Positions 52,506 to 64,000 of a stretch of 64,000 nt of DNA are shown piece by piece (positions within the stretch are counted from its first letter, which is position 1; each line of letters begins with the position of its first letter). The notes beneath the pieces are model-generated. The model worked only from the letters and a program-made list of their open reading frames with translations. It had not been told where the DNA came from and did no database searches. Source of the stretch: Antedon mediterranea (lineage: Eukaryota > Animalia > Echinodermata); assembly GCF_964355755.1 (NCBI RefSeq), contig NC_092671.1:9424001-9488000 (forward strand), read 5' to 3'. Position numbers and translations under genes: made by a program.

Positions 52506-54436
52506 TGTGAACGCAGCTTTAGTTGTGTATAAACCAGAACTCCAAAATTCGTATGGCATTCCCTTACGATATACATTTTGTTGACTCTTAGTAAAATCAA
52601 TCTATGACGCCATGTATGGTCATTGCCATAAAACTAGTCACATGTTCCAATAATAAACTTTTGATTATTGTTGACCTCCATGATTATATATTGCAGCATT
52701 GAGAATACATTATTTACTTGCTTAGATCTATGTGTATTATTACTCGGAGTTAACTATATTTTTCTCAAGGGATTATATGTAAGGAGGACCTTACATGTTT
52801 AAAAATATACCAATAAAAAAGGCAATATCAATTATATTACATAGTATAGCTAAAAGGAATTTAACAACCTGACACTAAAATCAATTGCATTTTCATTTGT
52901 TGGTGTAACCATGGACAAAATAAGTAGTTTGTCCATAATGTAACCGGTTAGCACGTTTTATGGAGTGGTAGGCATGTGATGCTATTTTTACACATAATTA
53001 CATGGAAATTTATAATTAAACAGATTATTAAAACAACTAGTAAGTTCCTATATATGTAGAAAGAGCATTTTGAATAAGAGAGAGGGCGCTATGCTTAATT
53101 ACATAACTGCCACAGAAAGAAATTATACTTTACTATAATAATATATATTTTTAAAATTTTACGTCTTGAATATTAATTAACAACATCAAAACAATTATAT
53201 AAATTAATACTAAAATAATGCATGCATGTACAACAATTATCATTGTTATTTTTCTTTTAAAAAGCGAATTATTTACAATTAGTAATACTTTTACAATATA
53301 AAATATATTTTAATTTGTTATAATAATAATAACATTATATACAACGTAACAATAGTAAAAACATGACTGTCATCAAATCTTTTAATCATTTAGAGCTACA
53401 GTACAGATCATTAAGTTATCGGTTTTGAGAGTGATGGAAATAATTTACATTAATCAGAGAAACTGTAAAAAAAGACAGATTGTAGATATTGCAAACAGAC
53501 TTAATCTTTTTATAAAATAGTACATAAAAACATTAGTTTGTTTTACTGTTACAACTTTTTTTATGAACTGGAAAGCATCTTTGATTATATAATATGCAGT
53601 ATTTTATCTTGAAATAATAATAATAATAATATAAACACATATCAAATATTTGAAGCAATAACTGGAAGACAAATATTGCTGACATACTATTATTATTTCA
53701 AAATATTTTGTATAAAAGAGAGTGTTTCAGATGACTGCATTTATATACAGCTCTGCAGTGTAAAATTGTAATGTGACATGTTAAAATTGTATAGCACCCT
53801 CTATTTTTATTTTAGAAGCATGGAGTTACCTCAATGTATAAAGTACAGTATAATTATGTATCAGCTAAAGTTAAAGTGGCAAGGATACAGGCCAAAAGAT
53901 TTGAACCCAAATCTCACAGTCAAGCGACTGAAACATGCCAACTGTGCCATTAAATTCCATGGCATTTTAGTAGACAAGTAAAACTCAGTTAACTAATTAA
54001 TAGTAATAGTAGGATTTTGGTCATAGTAACAGTGAATTATCTTCTTTTAAAAATCTGTTAAAATTATAAAGAAATATTTCAATCATTGCAAATATGTATT
54101 AGCAATTTTTATTTCTTAATAAAAAAATAGTTATTTTACACATCCATTTCTTTAGGTTGATAAAATTAAGTAGTTTTGTCAATACATTTCAGTTTCATTT
54201 CAGACTATTAATTTGCCGTTGATTTAATACTATACTAGATAAGGTTAAGACTAAGATTGTATAGTGCTCTCTACAAATACTATAACTTTGAAATGTTCCC
54301 TTTAATAAATTATCTACTTTAAATGGTTTTCAAATCTATTTATATAAACATTTGAAAACAAGCAAATTTAAATATACAGTAGTAAAATACAGAGTTTTAA
54401 TTAATTCGATGAAAGAGCAAATTTTATACTTTTCTA

Positions 54437-54775
54437 CAAAATTCTACTCTTTTTTTCTCACATAGCATGAGAAAAAAAGAGTAGAATTTTATACTTTCTT
54501 TCATAGAATGCCACACCATATTTTGATAATTAGAAAGTTGTTCTCACATACCACAAGAAAAAAAGAGTAGAATTTTACACTTTTTTCATAGAATGGCAGC
54601 ACCATATTTTGATAAATAGAAATTTGTTCTTGCATAGCATGAGAAAAAAAGAGTAGAATTTCACAATTTTATTCATAGAATGCCAGCACCATTTTCTTCT
54701 GATATATAGAAAGTTGTTTTCACATAGCATGAGAAAAAAGGAGTAGAATTTCTTACACCTTTTTTCATAGAATGC
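54437..54775. repeat. ~88-bp imperfect tandem repeat x4 with leading hairpin, in probable SLC30 3' UTR
   Basis: Unit CATAGCATGAGAAAAAAAGAGTAGAATTT...TTCATAGAATGCCA. The first unit is preceded by its own inverse AAAATTCTACTCTTTTTTCTCA. Confidence 0.8.
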
Positions 54776-54968
54776 TGTAACTGTCAGCCAAATATGGGAA
54801 GAATTAATGTTGGGAAGAATAAATGTTAAATAGAATTAAAACCCTATCAAGAATGAAATAAAATTTAAACTGGAGGTTTAACAGATGGAAAAAAGGGACA
54901 CCGCCAGATTAGCTTTCATGCCCCCTACATTTACCCGCCTTTTAATTAAGCATTGCATTGTGGGATAT

Positions 54969-57900
54969 TTATGAACAAGGTCCTTTGCACTCTTTACAGC
55001 TAGACATAATATCATCTTGGTATTCTTCAACTTGTATAGTAATCTGTTGAATGTTGTACTTTTTTCGTAGCATGCATGATGCTTTACATTGAATGGTCTG
55101 ATAAATCTCTGCTGTCAAGTTTTCATTTGCTATCAAAATAAAATTTTTAAATAAATATATTGTAAAGTCTGGAAGTAAACCAATGCCTTTCCTCTGTGGT
55201 TTTTATTGACAATAATATATTTTATTGTAAATATAATTATTATTTCAAATTTTATTTAAATGTTGCCGAAAAAATATTATTAAAATGGACTGACATTTCT
55301 TCTCTATTTCCGTATAGTCAGAGATCAGAGGTTGTATAATTGAAATAAGTAAACCTTTCACTTTTCAGTAAACTCATTAATAAAGTTGTTTTTTCTCAAC
55401 CGGAACCGAGAGTGAGACTTACCAACAGTAAGATGGACGGCAGTTGCAATTCTATTGACAGTCAGTGACCAGACGTTGAGGCTATGGACGGTCCGAACAT
55501 TCTCAATCCCTTGAAGATCATCATGAACATTCTGGAGGCTAATATTCTTTGGTACACCTGAAAAGAACAATAAATAATGTTTTTACTGAATAGAATTTCT
55601 TCTTTGTAAGAAAGTGAAACTGTATTAATAAAAAAAATACTAATAAACTACAAATGCTACAAAACAGAGCAGCCAAAATTATTACAAAAACAAGGAAATA
55701 CGACTCAAGTACACAAGCCCTGCAAAACTTAAACTGGATAAATCTTAATACTCAACTACATAATAATGAAGCCAAAATGTTATATAAAATATTCCATAAT
55801 CAAGCACCGTCATATCTAAACGAACTATTTACACCCAAACTAGACACATACAATACAAGATCAAAGGATGTATTAAAATTGGATAAACCCAAAACAGAAT
55901 ATAAAAAAAAAAGTTTTTCATATCATGGTGCTAGTTTATGGAATACTCTAAAAAAACCACTGCAAAATGTCACAAATTTAAATACTTTAAAAAAATTATT
56001 GGTGTGATTTATTATTTATTTTGTACTCTTAGCATAAATGTAATTAAGGTTTCTGTTCATATATTTTTGTTCTCTAATTTGTTATTTTTAAAATTTGTTA
56101 TTTTTAAATTTGTAATGTATTACTGTAGTTGATCACGGCCTTGTAGAAGAACACCTTTATGGTGACACAAGCTTTTCCGTGTTAAAATAAAGTATTTATT
56201 ATTATTTATTATTATTACTCTCAACGTTAGTGGACAATGTATTAAGCTTGTCTACACTATCAAACTTTATGTGACAAAAAAATGTGATGTGCCCATATAT
56301 GGAAACAATGATATCGCTACCATATTTAAGCATACCACTACCATATTTGGGCACATCAAAGATGCTCTCTAGATGGAATAGTATCCTGTGATAAGAGCAT
56401 GTTACTACATTGTACTCACTCACTCATACATTTTACTGACTGAATTGAAATATTACTTTTCCAGTTGGAAATATTAATGACAATTGATATTCAGGGCCCG
56501 CTTAAATTCAAATGAAATACATAAATAAAAAAGATAAATAAAAATTTAACATTATTTACACAAATAGGCTATAAAATATATGATATACAATTTAGTTTAT
56601 GATGTATTATGTTATGGGGTCTGCAATGGCAAGGACTCGAACTAGCAAAGGCTTGAATTTTCGACCATTTATTAATAGTCCTATTTGCTTTCTATTTTGC
56701 CTTATTCGTTGGAACAGAAGATAATCGTTAATCCTGTGTGTATACACACATGGTAAACAACTTGGTATGGTATTCAAAAAGAGCAGGGTACTATCATATC
56801 ATGCTGGTCATAAGGGCTACACTGTGGTTGCTGCTGGTCCATACAGTTTTCAGTTAAATTAGGGGCCATTATTATTAAATTATAGTTACTAAACTAACTT
56901 GAGTAAACACTTGCCTACCAGTAGTTATTATTTACTATTGTGCTAGCCTAAATCATAATAATACTAATTAGATTACTTCAGAAAAAAACTAACATTCCAT
57001 AACAACATGCTCATCATATAACCATCTAGCCACCTGGTGATAGGAACCGGAGTTAAATTTTCACCAGCCAACAGGGAACATGGGGAAAACAGTTTGACTA
57101 GTCTATATTCTTTAGACCATGTAAAATCAAGTCTTGTTTATGCATAGATATTAATAATATCCTGGATTTATAAAGCACTTAATGTTGTGAAACTAAGCGC
57201 TGTACATATTATTACCCTTGTCATTTTTGGATCAAACATGTATGGAAACATACTCGCATAAACGATCTTTACACCGGCACTGGCACCGGAAAATCTAATC
57301 AAACGTCAATGTTTCGTTTTCACGCTACTACGCTCATATCGATTGGCGCATAGCCGCATGGAGCATTGATGTGTGATCGCCGGACCGGAACTGTGCCGTA
57401 ACAGGTGTGAAAGACCCTTAATGCCGGTAGTAATCAGCGCAAAGTTGTGTCTTGACCTTACCAGATACCTGTTTGTACAGGTTGGAGAGAGGCAAACTTA
57501 ATCTTGCACAAGTGGATTTGAACCCACGATCACCAACGTTCAACACACGCCCTCTCATTATCATCAAAACAAAACCTCTAACACTGGATAAAAATGCATT
57601 AATTTTTATATGTACAGTACTCTACCTTCCATTAGTAAATATACTGCATCCCGTAGTATAGTGATAGTTGTAATTAGCACCAATATTGAGAAAAAAAAGG
57701 TACATATCGGATCTGCTAACTTAATGTTTGGTTTGTCCTGAAAATTAAAAAAAAATGAAATGTTCTAGTAAATGTTAGGTTCATCTAGAAAGTTCATCAG
57801 TCAGTGAAAGTACTTTAAGAAATGAAAACATTGCCAAGATTAAATATTTTGATTTAATACTGACAACAGTTTGATATCTACTGTACTAATTTGAACCCAT

Positions 57901-60900
57901 TGTCAACAATGACAACTTGTTATTTCGTATATATTTAGTTTTACTTTCTAGATATTAAATAAAAGATATTCAACTAAACATAACATGATATATTGTATAA
58001 TACTTATTTCTGGCATCTTATTCAATTCAATGAATATTAACGAAAGCACCATTTATAACTATTTGGTGCAAATTTGACAATAATTTCCAACCTTAGACTT
58101 AATCAAGGTGGGGCTGAAATGTGAAAATATAGTGTTATTATTATTATCGTTTATATTCTGTATTTTTATCAAATATAAGGTTTAACAAGACAATAAAAAT
58201 AGTTTTCTTCTGATTTTGACCTTATTTCCAGTTTTATTTGCAACACACATTATTATTTTGTATTAAAATAAAAACGAAACTGAAAAAAAACAAAAAAACT
58301 TACAGCTAATTTTATAATCAGCGCTGCAACAAATACACCAACACTTTGGATAAAATCTCCAATGACGTGAATAAATGCTGCCCTCACGTTTATATTTTTA
58401 TGCTTGTCCTTTTGGCTGTGACCATCACCATGAGCACCATGACTGTGTCCATGTCCACCACTGTGGCTATTTTGTTCACCACCATGGCCATGATTTTGTT
58501 CACCACCATGGCTATGGCCATGATTTTGACCAATACCATGGCTGTGCCCATGGCCAGTTTTATGTAAGACACACCCAAGTCTGAAAGCAAAAATATATAG
58601 GAGGTTGTAATTATTTTCATGATTTACTATATAAACATCATTTACAAGTCTGCAGGTAACCCTTAGCACTAGCAGCAGGACTACATGCAGCGTCAACTAG
58701 GCATTCACAGCACTGAAGGCATTTACAGGTAACATTTTGGAATTCATATGCAGGGCTACATGAACCCAATTTATAGGGCTGCAGGATTCCTCTTGTTCAG
58801 ACTGCAGACATCTCAATTGCAGGTTGCAGGCTAAAGGAATCAATTTGCAGGGATAGATGAATCCATCTAAGGTACAGAAACACCATTTGCAGGGAAGCAG
58901 GCATCCATTTGCAGGACTGTGGCCATCAATTTGCACGACAATATTACAATATACATACACAATATTGAGAAACACTCCACAGCCTGCGGTGATCAGCATG
59001 ACATCGGCATCAATCTCAAAATCGTTATGTATAAATCTTAAGACAGCAAGGTAAAGAAGAACACCAGTAAGTACCCAAATAATCAAGATACTTAGAACAG
59101 CTCCTAAAACCTCTGAAAAGTAAACAAACTATTAAATGAAGTCTGTGTATTAGACAGAGCATACCTTAGTTTTACAACTCATTTTAACTGTTTAATGATC
59201 TTTCACCTTTGAGCCAAATACGCAAGTAACGTTCAATAAAATCCACCCTTTGTGAGTTACTGTATATTTCAAAATGGGCTGAGTTTATGTCTAATAAAAT
59301 ATTCTGTTAGCATTAGTTAGGTTTTCAAAGAAAATTACTTTTTATTTTTTTAGAAAATATACTTTTCAGGTGGTTGCTTACTGTAGGGAGGTAATGTAAA
59401 CGATGACCATACAAATAATAAAAGGGACTGGAAGTTAAGTTTACACTTTATAAGAACCCAGAAGAGTACATAGGGGTTACACTGGTGTACTGGTCCATCT
59501 CTGTTTATGGTAGGTACTGCGTTGTGGCTACCGTGGGTATGGAAGGTGATGATTCAAGATTCAAGATTCAAGAAATTTTATTTGTCCATAAAATGGAAAT
59601 TCACTTTGCTTGGTAGATTAAAACAACAGTATTGCAACAATTTAAAAACGTGCAGTATTATAACAGATTAAAAATACAAGATAAAAAGTTAAAAATACTG
59701 TTAAAAATGTAAAACTATTAAAAATTGCATTAACGTCTTACATTAGAATTAAAAATATGAATGCTATTTACAACGAAGGATTTTCTAGTTCTACAAAGAT
59801 TTGCTCTTGGAGGTCGTAGCCTAATGCCTGATCTATTTAAGTTATAACAGTAATGTAACGGATGAGTGGGGTCTTTCATAATATTGTTAACTTTTTTTAG
59901 AATACTCTTTTCATAGATAAATGAACAAGGCGTTAGATCAGCTTTAATTAATACGTTGTGCAATTTTACGTGGTCTCTCAATATTTTTCTTATCATTTTC
60001 AGTAAAGTTACCATAAAAACATCCAATGCTAAAAGATAAAATACTTTGAATAATACTTTGATAAAATAGAATTAAAATAGTGTCAAAATCAACTCTAATT
60101 TGCTTGAGTTTTCTGAGAAAGTAGAGCCTTTGAGATGCCTTCTTGGAAATCATGAGAGAGTTTGACTCCCATTTTAATTTGTTGTCAATTATAGTACCTA
60201 AGTATTTGTATTGGGTTACTCTTTCAACCTCGGTTTAGTTATTACATTATGTTCAACTGCGGTTTTACGAAAATCTATTATCATCTCTTTGGTTTTAGTA
60301 ATATTAAGTATTAAGTTCATATCTTCACACCAATTAACAAATCTTCCAACTTCATTAACAAATTCATTTACATTATGCTTACTATCGCAAAGAAAACCAC
60401 TAATTACAGTATCGTCAGCGTATTTTACAATATTGCAATCTTTACTTAAAATATTAAAACTACTAGAATAAAAAGAGAACAAAATTGGAGAGATCACACA
60501 TCCTTGAGGAGCTCCAACACTGGTAGATTCTTTGTTGGATAGGATACCATTGCACTTAACCATCTGCGGTCTATTAATCAAAAAACGAATCAATTAACGA
60601 ATGCACTGACAGGAAAAACATGAAGGGTTTGTTAAGGCCAATTTACACAGACGAGCGGTAACGGTAAGCGGTAAAGTTGAGCGGAAAACGCAAAAATAGA
60701 ATCTATGTTATTTCTTATGACCATTTACACAGAACGCGGAGCGGACAAGCGGTTGAGCGGAAATCCGCTCAGGATCAAAACAGATTCGATTTTGTGAAAA
60801 TACCGCGCGGTAATTATCGATTCTGGCCAACCAACAACATGATTGAAATGACGTCATCTATCAACAACTTTTTTTTGCGTCAACAATAAATACAAGTGCC

Positions 60901-63866
60901 GTAGTAGGCCTAGCCTAGTTTTGCAACTTCTTTTTAATCAGAAATACAAACACCTACGACGTTACTAATTTTTCGTATAAGGATAGTGAAAAGAAAATAT
61001 ACATTTTAGTACGTTATTAGGCAGAAGTCCCTCTAAAACTTAGGTCTGTGTGTGCTAGGCCTACTGACAGTCAGTAACATCCAGGCCAGCAGTGACTGTA
61101 ACATGCATTAGCCTCGAGGCCTACACGCACCTACTTTCCACCACTCCGTTCGCGAACTCCGCACGCTGTGTAAATGGGAAAAGCCACGCGGTTTTTCGCT
61201 TACAATTACCGCTTACCGTTACCGCTCGTCTGTGTAAATTGGCCTTTATGCGAGTGTGTGTCTATGGTCTCAGAACTGAATAATTTATTGTGAACTATCA
61301 ATTGTTTATAATGAGAGGTGGAACAGTATACAAAAATGACTTCTATATTATTCAGTTGCATGGCTACACAAAAAACTATCCCAAGGCTCTATCCCATGAG
61401 CCTTTAAATGTATAAAGCAGTCATTTTGTAATGCCAGGCATTTTGAAAATACAATAAATCTTAAATATTCCTCAAAGGAATAAACATAGGTCTCTAACCT
61501 TGGTTACCACTTTACAGTATACAGCATCTAATTACAAATATAAAAAAATATTTAAAAAAATGTTTATTGCTCTTTCTATTATTGTCACGTCAGCTCATCC
61601 AAATATTTTGGTATTCTGAGTACATTTGACATCACTTGTAAATCCAAACATAAATTATTATACAAATAATGAATGTTTATGAGTGCAATGGTACAAATAA
61701 TGGCACGAGGTGAATGATGAAAGGTTATATCAACGAGGCAAAGCCGAGTTGATATAACCTTTCATCATTCACCAAGTGCCATTATTTGTACCATTACACG
61801 AATACAAAACATTCATTATTTGTTTTATATAACATCTAAATAACAAACAAAAATGTTTCAAAAAGTACTATTTAACGATCGTTGAATAGTGCGTACTATT
61901 GCACGCCATGTGACCCACATTCGTCCAATCAAATGACAGGAATTTATATAGGTGTTATATAACATGGAATTAACAAAATGCCAAAAAAAAAAGAAAGAAA
62001 GAAAGAGAGTGGTCACAATGAAAAGAAAAATGGCATGATGGAAACTTTTTTAAACTTGGCACTTAGTCCAACATGCTTCACCAACATGCTTCCTTGTAAG
62101 CTAAATACAATATTTTGTTTATTGTCATAACTCTCAAAACTTTGGCTACAGAATGCCATTGTACACAGTGGTATATAACAAATAAATAAGAGTTGAATGG
62201 GGAGCTGAAATATTGACTGAACAAAGTTCAAGTTGAATAGAAACAGAGCATGCAATAGTACATTTAATTGTTACAATGGAAGACAATAATGCATGTTTTG
62301 TTGGCATTAATTATGGTAGTTTACTGTGAAAACTTTTGTAGTCTAGATTTGTTATTTAGCAAGTTTTTTGTTTTTCTGTATAAAATACTGTAAATATTGC
62401 TTGTTTATAACGCTATTATAATTGGGCTCAAATTCCATAATAAACACGCATATCTTAAGTACACTAAACTCTTGTTTGAACATACAGTCAAATAGACGCT
62501 AAATCAACATATTCAGAGATATTCAGATCATAAGGTCCAATAGAAAGTAACCAATTTTATACAGTGCAGTATCTTTTTAAATAGTACAGTTCTTTCAACA
62601 AAAGCCGGACCGCTTAATATAATAGACAATTCTGGATAGTTTTTAATGACGAAAAGGATATTTTCTTGACAACAGACTTTGACAAAATGAAAAGAATTAA
62701 TAATAGTGCTGGATAACCCCAAATAAAGTGCTAAATTTGAAAATCAATGAAATAAAAAACACACATAGCAATTCCACTACACTAAGTTCGTTTATCAGTA
62801 GGTGGTCATTTGACTACAGTATATAAAATAACATCATTAAATATCCACGATGCAATTTGCCATTGTGGGATACTTGTTGTAAATGGCAATTAAAATGTTT
62901 CATCTGAATTTCCAGCATGGGCTTTTTTTTTGCTACAGTGCACAATAAAAATGCTAATGGTAAAATCAGTGGAAAGTAACTAAGACATTAGTGTTGGAAA
63001 AAATATCTTTCACTCTTATGAAGGACAAAAGTGTGAATTCATATATGTGAAAGTTCATATTAAAGGACTCATAAATTGTTACGATGTACAAAGTACGATA
63101 ATTACATGATTATAGACATTTTAAATTTACCATGAATAATTCCAACAAAATGAATAAAAAATGGAAAGAAAACTACATCTTACTTATTGGTAATGAGATT
63201 ATGAATACTGAATTATAATTTTGTATTTATGGAGTCATACTGAATAAAAATGATTTTGACTCGGTTAGTAATAATACAACCCAATTTTGAAATAGCCCAG
63301 TAGAAACTTAGGGATATTTTAACTCATTTCTGGTTTGTTTGCACCCTGATTGGAAAACGATATCCCAGCTGATTGTTTATACAATAAGGCTGAATGAAAT
63401 TTGATTAAGTTAGAATTTAGTGAAGAATTATCCAATGTTGCCATTGGCAAGATTTTACTCATCCCATGCATAATGTATTTGAGGTGTTACTGTACGTAGC
63501 GGTAGACGTTACCGTTCCATCATCTCTCGTACAAATATGCTTCATAACAGCTGCTATTCGGGCACTGAATTCTTGTCAGTATCCCTTACGAGAGTGTTTT
63601 TGTATATCTCAGAGCAAACATAATTTCTATGTATATTTTATATGCAAATGACAATAAATGGAAGTAATTTTCCACTGATGAATGAGTTAATAAAACATAT
63701 GGAAGGTCTATAACATTACCTGCTCGGTAGAAGCCAAATGACATTTTCGTTGTCGGCTTCATGTTTGCTAACCATAATGCAAAAAGACTGATCATAAAAC
63801 TGGCAAAATCACTCAATAAATGGCCAGCATCTGTCATAATAGCTAAACTGTTAGCTATGTAACCAC
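54969..63866 (-). CDS. SLC30A2: SLC30/ZnT zinc transporter, ZnT2/ZnT3/ZnT8-like (5' partial)
   Basis: Exons 63866-63720, 59112-58959, 58580-58304, 57737-57626, 55557-55423 and 55129-54969 are in frame. Motifs: [26 protein letters not shown], a His-rich loop, [43 protein letters not shown] and a terminal CxxC. Orthology within ZnT2/3/8 is uncertain. Confidence 0.92.
55630..56215 (+). mobile_element. 3' fragment of an L2/CR1-group LINE
   Basis: [10 protein letters not shown]...LQNLNWINL...[12 protein letters not shown]...[13 protein letters not shown] is the typical ORF2 C-terminus. A 3' UTR with AATAAA and a (TAT)n tail follows. Confidence 0.8.
56245..56358. mobile_element. Partial MITE family A copy
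   Basis: AGCTTGTCTACACTATCAAACTTTATGTGACAAAAAAATGTGATGTGCCCATAT. The right TIR is missing. Confidence 0.7.
57150..57555 (-). mobile_element. SINE (same family as 20941-21245) interrupted by a Harbinger-type MITE at 57262-57418
   Basis: The reverse complement of the SINE body is split at CATAA|...|TAATGC. The insert has TCTTTACACC / GGTGTGAAAGA ends and a TAA duplication. Confidence 0.75.
59551..60595 (-). mobile_element. 5'-truncated, frameshifted non-LTR retrotransposon (Rex-Babar/L2-group like), RT C-terminal half
   Basis: [47 protein letters not shown] and DPTHPLH across three frames, with a (TCTTGAA)n tail. Confidence 0.9.
60635..61245. mobile_element. PIF/Harbinger-type MITE, 611 bp
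   Basis: Perfect ~40-bp TIR AGGCCAATTTACACAGACGAGCGGTAACGGTAAGCGGTAA and TSD TTA. Confidence 0.9.
61658..61962. mobile_element. Hairpin-type non-autonomous element (long palindrome centred on CGAGGCAAAGCCGAG)
   Basis: ~80-bp arms (61658-61832) followed by a short tail ending GTTATATAA. The superfamily cannot be assigned from sequence alone. Confidence 0.65.
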
Positions 63867-64000
63867 CTGTTGAGACAAATAATAATATAAGCATTAATGA
63901 TTCTTCTTTTCTATAAAGATAGTGCTTAGAAATAGATCTATAACTAAAGTTGGAACTATGGTTGAAAAAGAAAACTAGTGGCTTAACTTTTAGACTATTA

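Overview
AT-rich animal genomic DNA with spliced genes (GT-AG introns) and no prokaryotic features. It is probably from an invertebrate deuterostome such as an echinoderm (inference only). Five protein-coding loci were reconstructed by hand: (1) the 3' end of a polycystin-1/PKD1L/REJ-family gene, intronless over 1..1335 (+); (2) NHEJ1/XLF (-); (3) ELAC1/RNase Z short form (+), head-to-head with NHEJ1 across a very short ETS-motif promoter; (4) a large Tau/MAP2/MAP4-family gene (-); (5) the 3' part of a ZnT2/ZnT8-like SLC30 zinc transporter (-). Introns hold SINEs, 3' LINE fragments, several Harbinger-type MITEs, a tiny HINE-like element and minisatellites. The most unusual item is the Tau-like gene. 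It encodes 11 microtubule-binding repeats plus R'. The vertebrate exon 9/11/12/13 scaffold is preserved, and the extra repeats form an array of phase-0 exons between the exon 12 and 13 equivalents. The array includes a four-repeat fused exon, an atypical exon flanked by Rbfox-type motifs, and a dead duplicate pseudoexon. There are also up to three candidate alternative first exons. All exon models are manual and unconfirmed by transcript data.
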